The position numbers and the translations under genes are program-made. A DNA stretch of 20,000 nucleotides from an uncultured virus (IMG/VR IMGVR_UViG_3300028743_000004). Its lineage: Duplodnaviria > Heunggongvirae > Uroviricota > Caudoviricetes. The stretch's first letter is position 1, and every line of letters starts with the position of its first letter. Shown one piece after another: positions 1 to 7,808 of the stretch. The notes under the pieces were generated by a model. That model was not told the origin of the DNA and did not search any database. It was given only the letters and a program-made list of their open reading frames with translations. The stretch is taken from IMG/VR virus record IMGVR_UViG_3300028743_000004, one strand, 5' to 3'.

Positions 1-302
1 ACATTCATGTTGGCGCCGGTCGCGATCAGGATCCGAGTGGTGGCCTGCTCGATCGTTTCGCCCGCCTTGATTGTTACCCTGGAGGAAGCGCGGGTAACGG
101 CCTTGGCCGGGGCTGCCGAGCTGTTACCCAAATCCTCTTGGGTAACAACATCGCTGCCGTCTCGCCGGTATTTTGCGATCAGCACATTTGAAGCGTCGAC
201 ATCGAGAGAGCTTCCCTCAAACACAAGCCAGCCGCGCTCCTTCCACTTGGTGACCGTCTTTCGACTGACGCCGTGGAGTGCTGCAAATTCACTCTGGTTC
301 AT
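1..302 (-). CDS. Terminase small subunit, Nu1-like (N-terminal part; runs off the window)
   Basis: Not in the ORF track; read by hand from ATG at 302: MNQSEFAALHGVSRKTVTKWKERGWLVFEG... and open to base 1. N-terminal HTH like lambda Nu1, located downstream of the lysis genes and a cos-like region. Confidence 0.7.
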   Translation of the reverse strand, partial: MNQSEFAALHGVSRKTVTKWKERGWLVFEGSSLDVDASNVLIAKYRRDGSDVVTQEDLGNSSAAPAKAVTRASSRVTIKAGETIEQATTRILIATGANMN

Positions 303-330
303 GGGTCGCCTTGTTACCTGTTACCCAAAT
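72..330. repeat. Six GTTACC/GGTAAC motifs; candidate TerS-binding (cosB R-like) sites
   Basis: Copies at 73-79, 92-98 (inverted), 122-131 and 138-147 (10-bp inverted repeat), 312-318 and 319-330. TGTTACCCAAAT occurs at both 122-133 and 319-330. Confidence 0.5.
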
Positions 331-339
331 TGAAAAATT

Positions 340-422
340 TCGCAGCTAGAGAAACAGAAAACTGCGCAATGCCCTCGATGCCAGAAGGGCGGGGAGGGAC
401 CCGTTGAGGGGGGGGGTACCCC
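340..422 (-). other. Candidate cos packaging region
   Basis: Intergenic just upstream of terS. The minus strand reads CGGGTCCCTCCCC..., resembling lambda cosQ GGGTCCT. G9 run at 408-416. Confidence 0.35.
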
Positions 423-510
423 ACCTGCGATGGTCACCCTGCCCTCGTCCCTCCCGTCCGCGCGACACGCTGGCTCGTCGAACGCAAGCATCGAGGATGC
501 CGCCATCGCC

Positions 511-1176
511 CTACCTCGCCGTTGCCAGCGCCCTGTCTATAGCTTCACCAAACACGGCTCTGAATCGACGGTCAACGATGGCCTGAGCGCGGCTTCGATA
601 GTTCAGCCGTTTGTTCACAGCCAACGCATCGCCGAATCGAATCAACAGCTTCAAATGCCCAGGCTGCGCGGCTGTTGCTGCCCGACCGCGGCGCGCCTTT
701 TGTCCATCCTTCGGCGGTATTCGTTGCCACACGCCATTGATGGTTCCCGACTTCGCTTTGACCGGGCCGATAAAGATGTCCTTTCGCGCACGCAATTTCT
801 CCAGCACGTTTCGTGGCAGTTGCCCAAAGCTGTCGAGCTTGATGTCCTTCGGGTTCAGCAGCTTCTTGCCAGGCAGGACGTGCACACCGCCATCCTCATA
901 TGGCTGCAAGTATTTCGCGGCGATGGGTTTGACGAAGACTGTTGCGGTCAAGGTGTCTTTGCGAGCACCCCGCATGCCGACTGAGCGCTGGGTAAAAAGC
1001 CGAGGTTTCTTGAATGTCGTCGCGATGTTTCTTGTCTCTTCCGCCTGGACTTCCTTTGCTATCGCGGTGAGTGCCAGCGCCGTGGCAAATCCGATCTGCT
1101 TGTTGGCCAAAGCAGAGAGCTTTTTGCTCAGCTCTTTGACATTGGCGCGAACAGAGATATCGATCGGGCTGGCCAT
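511..1176 (-). CDS. Basic phage late protein (possibly gpZ/HK97 gp10-like)
   Basis: 221-aa K/R-rich ORF with AGGAG RBS, between the lysis genes and terS. Family assignment tentative. Confidence 0.6.
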   Translation of the reverse strand: MASPIDISVRANVKELSKKLSALANKQIGFATALALTAIAKEVQAEETRNIATTFKKPRLFTQRSVGMRGARKDTLTATVFVKPIAAKYLQPYEDGGVHVLPGKKLLNPKDIKLDSFGQLPRNVLEKLRARKDIFIGPVKAKSGTINGVWQRIPPKDGQKARRGRAATAAQPGHLKLLIRFGDALAVNKRLNYRSRAQAIVDRRFRAVFGEAIDRALATAR

Positions 1177-1180
1177 GCCG

Positions 1181-1414
1181 TTACTCCTGAGGGGCTGAAA
1201 TCTTGTTCAATTCTTCGAATGCCACTTTGACTGCCTCGCCGCAGATTTTGGCCTGCTCAATAACTTGGCTCCCAATCAGCCGACTATCGCCACACCGAAG
1301 CAGTAACAGCTCAGCCAGCGCAGTTTGTTCGGCGGTGGGCGTGAAAGACATCGCCTCACCAACCATCAATTCCATCTCTTCAGCTGGTTTCTTCACGCTA
1401 TTAGGATTCGCCAT
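1181..1414 (-). CDS. Hypothetical phage protein
   Basis: 77 aa; start overlaps the upstream stop (TAATG); fits operon packing. Confidence 0.6.
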   Translation of the reverse strand: MANPNSVKKPAEEMELMVGEAMSFTPTAEQTALAELLLLRCGDSRLIGSQVIEQAKICGEAVKVAFEELNKISAPQE

Positions 1415-1707
1415 TACAGTGCCTTCTTCGCAAGCGCTACAGCCTCATCCCAGAACACTGGGAGCTCATGGCCGAGGGCGGATAGGATGGTTTCGAGCTT
1501 GGCGATCAGGTCGGGCGCTGGGGCGGCGACGGGCGCAGGTGCGCTTACCTGGGCAACAGGCGCTGCAGCCTCAGGGACCACAACGACCGGCGCCGACGAC
1601 GCAATGGCGACTTGTACTTCAACTGGCAATTCGGACATGACTGGAGCCTCTACGAAGAGTTTCGCAATCCATGCGACGATTGATTTCAGGAAGTCAGGGG
1701 TTTTCAT
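1414..1707 (-). CDS. Hypothetical Ala/Pro/Val-rich phage protein
   Basis: Start reassigned to ATG 1707 (MKTPDFLKS...), overlapping the end of the upstream gene. Confidence 0.55.
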   Translation of the reverse strand: MKTPDFLKSIVAWIAKLFVEAPVMSELPVEVQVAIASSAPVVVVPEAAAPVAQVSAPAPVAAPAPDLIAKLETILSALGHELPVFWDEAVALAKKAL

Positions 1708-1918
1708 TCTTGTCACCGTCAGGCTGGGGCTGTGACAGCACACGGACAACAGCAACGCCGACCCCGAGAGCCATATTGATGGCGGCGTAGATCAGCGGGT
1801 TGACTGCGCCCTGGAATACCGTCCAGCCGATAGCGCCTGCGTTCAGCACTGCGCCGGCCAGGGCCAGGCGAACCGACCAGAGCTTGTGGCAAGCGGCGAC
1901 ATTCTCGATCAGCTTCAT
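1694..1918 (-). CDS. Small two-TM membrane protein, holin-like
   Basis: MKLIEN...KLWSVRL N-terminus typical of small phage lysis-region membrane proteins; two hydrophobic segments; ATGA overlap with the holin. Confidence 0.6.
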   Translation of the reverse strand: MKLIENVAACHKLWSVRLALAGAVLNAGAIGWTVFQGAVNPLIYAAINMALGVGVAVVRVLSQPQPDGDKNENP

Positions 1919-2229
1919 ATCTCATCTGCCTTGCGCTCAGACCAGCGCTTACCGAGCTGCCGAACTTGGTCAACGCCCAGGATTCCAACGAACCCAGCAG
2001 CGAAGAATGACCAGCCAATGCTGAACCCGAATTCCTTTACGGTCAGCCCTACCACCATCACCATCAGCGCGCCGAGAGTTGCCTCGATCAGCTTGCGCAC
2101 CGTACTGGTCTCCTTACCGTCGTATTGGACGCGCAGGTAGATCAGCAGGAAGGTGAGAGCCATTGCTAGGCCGTTATCCCGAAGTGCGGAGAGGACGAGC
2201 GCCCAGAAGGAAGGGTCTTTTTCGGGCAT
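1915..2229 (-). CDS. Phage holin, lambda S family
   Basis: MPEKDPSFW... with three hydrophobic segments, G-x-x-G-x-L-G-V-D motif and a basic C-terminus. An in-frame TTG start at 2238 is also possible. Confidence 0.85.
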   Translation of the reverse strand: MPEKDPSFWALVLSALRDNGLAMALTFLLIYLRVQYDGKETSTVRKLIEATLGALMVMVVGLTVKEFGFSIGWSFFAAGFVGILGVDQVRQLGKRWSERKADEI

Positions 2230-2269
2230 GATTTTCAATCCGAAGTCCTCCCTTCTGGGAGTAGGAGAA

Positions 2270-2294
2270 TAAAAAAGGCCGTCAGGTGGCGGCC
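2270..2294 (-). terminator. Intrinsic terminator-like hairpin upstream of the holin
   Basis: Minus strand GGCCGCCACCTGACGGCC followed by a T run. Confidence 0.5.
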
Positions 2295-2376
2295 AAACGC
2301 TGGGGAGCAGCGGCGAATAGATCAGCCCCGGCGGCACTCCCAGCTCAGAGCGAAGGGTGTGGCGGGGCCGAAAACG

Positions 2377-2402
2377 AAAAGGCCTCGATCAATGTCGAGG
2401 CC
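2377..2402 (-). terminator. Intrinsic terminator-like hairpin in the late leader
   Basis: GGCCTCGA-6 nt-TCGAGGCC, 8-bp stem followed by TTTT on the minus strand. Confidence 0.55.
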
Positions 2403-2714
2403 CTGAATAGGTGCGGATCGCAACCCTTTCAGATTGCTGTCGTGGCGCTTCCCTCCAGTCCCCACGCTGACTGTTACCCCTGCACGTTTCCGCCGGGCTC
2501 TGCATCCGCATAACTTGCGTGTCTTCCCACGCTGCCAGCCAAAGACCATCACGGCGTCGACACCCAAGTGCATCGATCTCGCTGCTCCTGTCTCGCGCCA
2601 CCCTGAAAGCGTGTTAGGTCAGGGCGCGCGGGCTGCCGGTGTTTTTCCGTAGCGCTGCACTACCGGCTTATCAGCGTCCAGGCCTCCCGAGGGCTGCCCT
2701 GGCTGCAGTTAAAA

Positions 2715-2954
2715 TCAGAATGCTGGGGTGATGTCGAAGTAGTAGTCCTTACCTTCTTCGAAATGCTCGGCCCGATCGGCAGCAACGTTCACGGTGTACT
2801 CGCCGTATGGGGTGTACTTTCCGTAAATCGCGTCCTCTTCAGCCGGATTGGCCGACCACACTGCGCCGAAGTTCAGGCGGGTCAGCGATTCCGTCGAGCC
2901 CTGAACAGGCCCTTTGGAGCGGAGAGTCATTTTGCAGCGGGTGATATGCGTCAT
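2715..2954 (-). CDS. Hypothetical phage protein
   Basis: Start reassigned to ATG 2954 (MTHITRCK...) behind a GAGGA RBS; 79 aa. Confidence 0.65.
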   Translation of the reverse strand: MTHITRCKMTLRSKGPVQGSTESLTRLNFGAVWSANPAEEDAIYGKYTPYGEYTVNVAADRAEHFEEGKDYYFDITPAF

Positions 2955-3022
2955 CGGTAGATCCTCTGGTATCAAATGAGCAGGAGGGTCTTTCCGGTCT
3001 TTCGCCTGCATTTTTTGGCAAT

Positions 3023-3050
3023 AAAAAACCCGGCGCGATGGCCGGGTTTT
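3023..3050 (-). terminator. tR'-like terminator after the late promoter
   Basis: AAAACCCGGC-6 nt-GCCGGGTTTT hairpin followed by TTTTTT on the minus strand, about 50 nt after the putative pR'. Confidence 0.7.
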
Positions 3051-3100
3051 CTTGGATCAGTGAGTAAGTTGCCGGAGGCAAAACTGTAACGATGGGAAGA

Positions 3101-3130
3101 ATGATGCCTCAGCCGCACATTTGTCGTCAA
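3101..3130 (-). promoter_or_regulatory. Putative late promoter pR'
   Basis: TTGACG (3130-3125), 18 nt, CATCAT (3106-3101); overlaps the stop of the Q-position gene, as in lambdoid layout. Confidence 0.45.
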
Positions 3131-3720
3131 GCAGCTATTTTCATCTCTTTTACCGCCAAAGAGACAGGCCCGAGAGCGACCTTATCCAGATCATTGCAGG
3201 CATTGAAACAAGCTTGGACGAATTCCTGCCATTCCCTGTCCCAGTTCCTCGAGTCCAGTTCGATACCAAGGATGTGTAGCAGCCAGCCGCGAAACGACTC
3301 GGGTGTTGGGCAAGGATCAATACCTTCACTCTGGCCGCCCTGGTGCATGCGGCGGTACCGGAATAGCACACCGACGGCGACGAGGCGTGCCTTCTCGAAC
3401 TTCTTAGCGTACATCTGCGGCCCCATGGCATATGCCGCGCGGAACAGTGCCTCTTGCGCGTCATCCTTGTCGTCGGCGGTGGCGATCGGGCTGTACATGT
3501 GGTTGCCGAAAGCCTTCAGGTGGGCTGGAAGAGTGTCGATGGCGCACTGGATGCGGGCAGACAGTGATTGATGCATGGCGTGTTGGCTATTCACCGACTT
3601 CTCGGTTTTTTGCACTGAACACCCAAGCATCCCGAGCTGCTCGACATGGGCCCCCTGGGTGTCCCAGGGGGTATAGAAGCAGTCATGCCAGGCGAGGCGC
3701 GCGCTCTTCAGCTTCATCAT
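3127..3720 (-). CDS. Putative late antiterminator (Q position)
   Basis: 197 aa; last gene of the early-right operon, directly followed by a promoter/terminator pair and lysis genes. Function inferred from position only. Confidence 0.55.
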   Translation of the reverse strand: MMKLKSARLAWHDCFYTPWDTQGAHVEQLGMLGCSVQKTEKSVNSQHAMHQSLSARIQCAIDTLPAHLKAFGNHMYSPIATADDKDDAQEALFRAAYAMGPQMYAKKFEKARLVAVGVLFRYRRMHQGGQSEGIDPCPTPESFRGWLLHILGIELDSRNWDREWQEFVQACFNACNDLDKVALGPVSLAVKEMKIAA

Positions 3721-3723
3721 TCA

Positions 3724-4044
3724 TCAATCCCCTGTGAAGTTGGCGGCACCTGGGCCACGGCGGTTGTTCCCGCTGTATTGCGCTTCAGCACCCGCAGGCC
3801 TGAAGCAGTTGTGTTGTGCGATCTGTTGCTCGGCGGCCTGCAGACGAATGCTCAGCTGCGTCACCAGCACTTCCAGCGGCAGCGCCTCACCGGTTTCAGC
3901 GGTGACCCAGCCCGAGGCGTTGCACTGCATGCAGGGCAGCTCATGGAAGACGCCCTTGATCACCGCGCGACCACGGCATGCCGGGCACTTGGCCAGGTCG
4001 AGTTGAGCGGCGCGGAATGCTGGGCCATGGGACCTCGTCATCAT
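3724..4044 (-). CDS. Zn-finger protein (DnaJ-type CxxCxG repeats)
   Basis: CPACRG...CMQCNASG; start reassigned to 4044 (ATGA overlap with upstream stop). Confidence 0.7.
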   Translation of the reverse strand: MMTRSHGPAFRAAQLDLAKCPACRGRAVIKGVFHELPCMQCNASGWVTAETGEALPLEVLVTQLSIRLQAAEQQIAQHNCFRPAGAEAQYSGNNRRGPGAANFTGD

Positions 4045-4337
4045 CCGACCACCTTCAGGCCTTGAGCCCGAAGCGACTTCTCCGCCACTTCTCGAGCCCA
4101 CAACGCATCCGGATCGCCCATAACGGCAGGAAAAGGGTTGCTGACGCGCAGAGTTCCGCGAGACGCCTGCCATGATTCCCAGCGAGCGCAATAACGGGTA
4201 GCACGATCGCCAGAGCAGCAAGACACACACTGCAGGATGTAATCACCCGCAGCTCCAACCTTCGGTTCCCAGCACATGCCGCTCGGTACCGGGAAGCGCT
4301 CCTCGAACTGGGCGCGGGTTTTGTCTGTTTTCATCAT
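4041..4337 (-). CDS. Hypothetical phage protein
   Basis: Start reassigned to 4337 (MMKTDKTRAQFEERF...) behind a GAGG RBS. Confidence 0.6.
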   Translation of the reverse strand: MMKTDKTRAQFEERFPVPSGMCWEPKVGAAGDYILQCVSCCSGDRATRYCARWESWQASRGTLRVSNPFPAVMGDPDALWAREVAEKSLRAQGLKVVG

Positions 4338-4353
4338 TTTTAAACCTCGCCTT

Positions 4354-5634
4354 TTATGGTTTCTGGATTTGGCTAGAGGCCGCGCCACTCAAGGCCTCGG
4401 CGCCATTGTGCGAATTTCCGTTTCTAGTCATGGTCGAGCGGTGAATCAGGTTGAAGCCCTTCCCGTCTAACCATTCATGCCACTTGTTCAAAGCCTCACG
4501 CTTGAGCAGCTCCGCAGAGGTGTGGATGTAGGTCTGCACGTTGCGGGTCATCGTGTGGTTGACCAGCATCTCGCCAATGAGGAAGTCGACGCCCAGGTCT
4601 GTCCAGCCAGTGCGGGCAACCTTGCGTAAGTCATGGCTGGTCCACTCGCCCTTACCCAGCCGGGTGAACACGGCGCAGGCCTGGCTGTCGCTGATCGGGC
4701 CACGGCTGCGAGCCGGGAACATGTAGGTGCCCTTGTAGCCCTTGGCCTCCTGCCAATCCCGGTACCGCTCAAGCAGAGCGCATACCTGATGGGTCAGCGG
4801 CAGGTGATGCTCGCAGCGGGTCTTGGTGTTCTCGGTGGGGATGAACCACTCACCCTGCTCGCCCACGGTCAGGTGCGACCATTGGGCCTGCCTGGTCTCC
4901 CCGGAGCGTGTGCCGTGGCACAACATCATCATGGCCAGCATGCAGTCCTGAGGGTGTTGGTCGAAGCCGGCGGCCAATTGCCCGATCACTTCCTCGAGCT
5001 GGACGGCGCGCAGACGTGATGGCTTGGGTTGGATGCGGGCCTTGGTGAAGTCGGTGAACTTGAACCCGGCGATGGGGTTGGTGGTGATCAGCCGCAGTTT
5101 CTCGGCCTGGCGGAACGCGACCACCAGTACGCCCCACATCAGGCGGACGTAGGACAGCGACATTTCGGCCTGCATCGGCCACATCACCAGCTTATCGAGT
5201 GTCGAGCGGTCCACATCTTCCACCGACAGATCGGCGAGCCGTGGCTTCAGGTGGCAGGAGATGATCGAGGTGTTGGTAGAGCGGCGCTTGGCCGACAGGC
5301 TGCGGTCAACGGACTGGCGGGCGGTGAACCAGTCCAGCAACTGGCCAGCGGTCTGCAACGTGCCGGCGGCGGCTGATGCCTTCGGGTCGGCTGCCAGGCG
5401 TTCGCGGATCTTCGGCAGCGCGCTGACTAACCCCTTCACCGGCAGCTCGGGAAAACCAGCGATCTTCTCCCACTTCTTGCCAACTACCAGGTGCCAAGTA
5501 CCGCGCTCACGGTTTTGATGGAAGCGGAAATACACGCCTGGGTACCGAGCATCCCGCAGGTCACGGATATGGGTATTTCCGGCCTGCCGCCGGATCTCTG
5601 CATCGGTAAACGAAGTGAGCAGTGTCTGGGTCAT
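4354..5634 (-). CDS. Tyrosine recombinase / integrase-family protein
   Basis: 426 aa with catalytic set R (HGTRSGE), K (NTKT), HxxR (HDLR), H (VNH), Y (QTYIH) and an arm-binding-like N-terminus. Confidence 0.9.
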   Translation of the reverse strand: MTQTLLTSFTDAEIRRQAGNTHIRDLRDARYPGVYFRFHQNRERGTWHLVVGKKWEKIAGFPELPVKGLVSALPKIRERLAADPKASAAAGTLQTAGQLLDWFTARQSVDRSLSAKRRSTNTSIISCHLKPRLADLSVEDVDRSTLDKLVMWPMQAEMSLSYVRLMWGVLVVAFRQAEKLRLITTNPIAGFKFTDFTKARIQPKPSRLRAVQLEEVIGQLAAGFDQHPQDCMLAMMMLCHGTRSGETRQAQWSHLTVGEQGEWFIPTENTKTRCEHHLPLTHQVCALLERYRDWQEAKGYKGTYMFPARSRGPISDSQACAVFTRLGKGEWTSHDLRKVARTGWTDLGVDFLIGEMLVNHTMTRNVQTYIHTSAELLKREALNKWHEWLDGKGFNLIHRSTMTRNGNSHNGAEALSGAASSQIQKP

Positions 5635-6062
5635 GCGGCGGCCTTGGTTTGAGGTTGAAGAAGGTAGGCCCTGATGGCCTCAATCGCGTCGACGTGCCCA
5701 CGGCAAACGATGGCCAGGTAACCTTGATCGGTCAGCGCCTGTAGGTATGCGTCCTGGGCCGGGGAGACGGCGGCGTCATACGGCGCACGGGCCTTGAATT
5801 CGATGTACAGGCCGAAGTACCCGCCGCGGGCCATCGGCAGCACCAGGTCAGGCACGCCGGCCTTGACGCCCTGCTCTTTCAGCTTGATCGCCACCAGCTT
5901 GTGCCGGTGACCGCCGTTCGGGACGTGGAAGATCAACTTGGCAGCGGCCGGGTAGCGCAGGCTGATCTCTTTCATCAGCGCGGCCTGCTCCAGGCCCTCC
6001 CGGTCAACTGCCTTGGCACGCACTCGCTTCGGGCTGAATGGCTTGACGGCGAATGGCTTCAC
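5631..6062 (-). CDS. VRR-NUC domain nuclease
   Basis: FHVPNGG...GVKAGVPDL...LYIEFK PD-(D/E)xK pattern; GTG start overlapping the upstream stop. Confidence 0.88.
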   Translation of the reverse strand: MKPFAVKPFSPKRVRAKAVDREGLEQAALMKEISLRYPAAAKLIFHVPNGGHRHKLVAIKLKEQGVKAGVPDLVLPMARGGYFGLYIEFKARAPYDAAVSPAQDAYLQALTDQGYLAIVCRGHVDAIEAIRAYLLQPQTKAAA

Positions 6063-6355
6063 AGTTTCACCTTCCCTTCACGGATCAGGATGTCCTGGGT
6101 ACGCATAACGCCCTCAGCGAGAAACAAACGGATCTCGTATTTGGTCAACTGGCCAGGCGCGCGCAAACGGCCATCGGCGATGTCATGGCAGTAACCGCAG
6201 GCCCAGGCAGCCTGGAAGTCGTTGGGCTTCATGCCTATGCCACAGGTGCCGGCCAGTCGGTAGTGAGCTAGGACTGTGGTGGATGGTTCGCAGGAGCAGC
6301 CGGGAAACCGTACTTGGCACTCGCGATCGCGGGCGGCTTTGGTGAGCTTGCTCAT
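6059..6355 (-). CDS. DUF1364 / YbcO-like putative nuclease
   Basis: MSKLTKAARDRECQVR...VLAH...G.KPND...AWACGYCHD matches the family pattern; start reassigned to 6355. Confidence 0.85.
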   Translation of the reverse strand: MSKLTKAARDRECQVRFPGCSCEPSTTVLAHYRLAGTCGIGMKPNDFQAAWACGYCHDIADGRLRAPGQLTKYEIRLFLAEGVMRTQDILIREGKVKL

Positions 6356-7035
6356 CTGGAACCACCTGCTAGCCGGGCGCGCAGTTCGGCCAAGGCCTTT
6401 TTCCCCACCTCTGGCGTTATCTTCGGTTCCAGAGCCAGCTCTGCCACTGGCACCGGGGCCAACTGCTCGCCCTGCCAGATGCGTCGGCACTGGCTCAAGT
6501 ACTGCTTCTCGAAGCTAGCCAGCCCAAGCTCGCGCGATAGAAGCGGCAGACTGTGAAAGCCCGCCGCTGCCGTGGCGTGGTACACAGCCGGGTGGTACCA
6601 CTTCGAGCAGCTGCGCATGGCGGGGTGGCAGTTGCGGAGTGCCTGGGCGTAAGCAGATTCAACACTGGGCAGGCCCAAGCCTTCAGGCGCAAAACACCAA
6701 CTGACGAACACGCCTGGGGCAGGAACGAAAGCCGACTTGCTCGCGCTCACAACGCGCATTCCGTGATCGATCTGTTCCATCCGAGTGATGCCGGAACGCA
6801 TAAACTCGCCCAACCACTCAAGCTTGGAGGCATTCATAACAGCCTCGGTCGGCCAGGACTGACGCCAGGCACCGCACGCACCGCGCAGCCGCAGGAAAAG
6901 ATCGTCGATTACTGCCTGAGTTGAAGGATCGACAGCGACCACCGCCAGTGACTGGTCGGGCCCCTGATAGGTCGGATCAGATCGGCGGCGAGCAACCAGT
7001 TCACCCACGGCGACAGGCTTGTTTGATCGGTTCAC
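6352..7035 (-). CDS. Replication protein P-like (helicase loader)
   Basis: Follows the O-like gene; W...F...GI...Q...G...F.P.PG.FV.WC pattern of the lambda P family. Confidence 0.75.
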   Translation of the reverse strand: MNRSNKPVAVGELVARRRSDPTYQGPDQSLAVVAVDPSTQAVIDDLFLRLRGACGAWRQSWPTEAVMNASKLEWLGEFMRSGITRMEQIDHGMRVVSASKSAFVPAPGVFVSWCFAPEGLGLPSVESAYAQALRNCHPAMRSCSKWYHPAVYHATAAAGFHSLPLLSRELGLASFEKQYLSQCRRIWQGEQLAPVPVAELALEPKITPEVGKKALAELRARLAGGSR

Positions 7036-7808
7036 AGGCGCACCCCTTTCGATGCCCAGTCATCACCGGCCGAGCCTTCCTCGCTGATCGCTGTTCCGGC
7101 TGCCTGGGCGCGCTCTCGTTTGATCCAGCCGACCAGTTTGAAACACCAGCCGGCGGCGGTATCGAGAACGGATGTTTTGGCTACGAAGAAACCCTTGAAG
7201 CCCGACAGCAGCTCAGGCGTCAGGGCATCAGCTGGCAGACCGGCGATTTTCAGCTGAGTCTGCAGCGCGCCTCCCGAGGGCTCGAAGTCAGAAAACATGG
7301 CGAAGCGCTGGCGATCATCCTGCAGCTCCAGAGCCTGACGATCTTGCTCAGCCATCAAGTCGGCAATCTCGCGCTGCTGCTGCTCTTCGGTTAATTGATG
7401 GTTAAGTGATGTATTGGGTGCAGTGGCTGCACCCCGTTCTGTCGTAGGCTGCACCCCGTTCTGTTCAAGGCTGCACCCCGTTGCATCAACACGGGGTGCA
7501 GATGCTGCACCCCGCTTTATCATCAGGTCATACACCACCGGTCGCCGGTCGTGGCGATCGATATACACGGCGGCCAGCGCCTGGTTACCACGAACTATCA
7601 GGCCGCATTCTTCCAGCAGATCAAGCTTGATACGGACGGTCCGCTCAGAGAGGCCAGTGTCATCGGTAAGTGTTTTTGCCGACGGGAATGCGCCAACACC
7701 GTTCGAGCTTGCATAGTTGGCCAGGCACAGCAGCACATGACGCGCGCTTGAGTCTTTGAGGGTTTGAACGGGCAGAGAGAGCGCCCAGGACATTGCTTGA
7801 ACGCTCAC
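7032..7808 (-). CDS. Replication initiator, O-like (N-terminal wHTH, C-terminal DnaT-like domain)
   Basis: MSVQAMSWA...VLLCLANYA...AFPS...LSERTVR HTH pattern; contains an internal iteron cluster. Confidence 0.85.
   Translation of the reverse strand: MSVQAMSWALSLPVQTLKDSSARHVLLCLANYASSNGVGAFPSAKTLTDDTGLSERTVRIKLDLLEECGLIVRGNQALAAVYIDRHDRRPVVYDLMIKRGAASAPRVDATGCSLEQNGVQPTTERGAATAPNTSLNHQLTEEQQQREIADLMAEQDRQALELQDDRQRFAMFSDFEPSGGALQTQLKIAGLPADALTPELLSGFKGFFVAKTSVLDTAAGWCFKLVGWIKRERAQAAGTAISEEGSAGDDWASKGVRL
7390..7514. repeat. Replication origin: iterons plus AT-rich tract
   Basis: GGCTGCACCCCGTT at 7425, 7447 and 7469 (22-bp period), partial copy at 7504-7514, inverted copies at 7416-7423 and 7492-7501, AT-rich 7390-7415. 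Confidence 0.85.

Noticed and set aside
7..1198. Plus-strand ORFs 7-333, 404-586, 430-984, 611-1198
   Set aside because: Antisense shadows of terS and the 221-aa late gene in GC-rich DNA.
2240..2710. tRNA genes in the late leader; ORFs 2286-2513, 2322-2573, 2389-2601, 2434-2652
   Set aside because: No cloverleaf with a T-loop GTTC motif found by eye; the ORFs overlap each other and lack a convincing RBS or recognisable motifs.
4354..5634. Recombinase as a prophage boundary
   Set aside because: Phage genes continue on both sides and no att-like or host sequence is visible.
7416..7514. 22-bp periodic repeats as a mini-CRISPR
   Set aside because: Inside the O-like gene beside an AT-rich tract; these are typical origin iterons.
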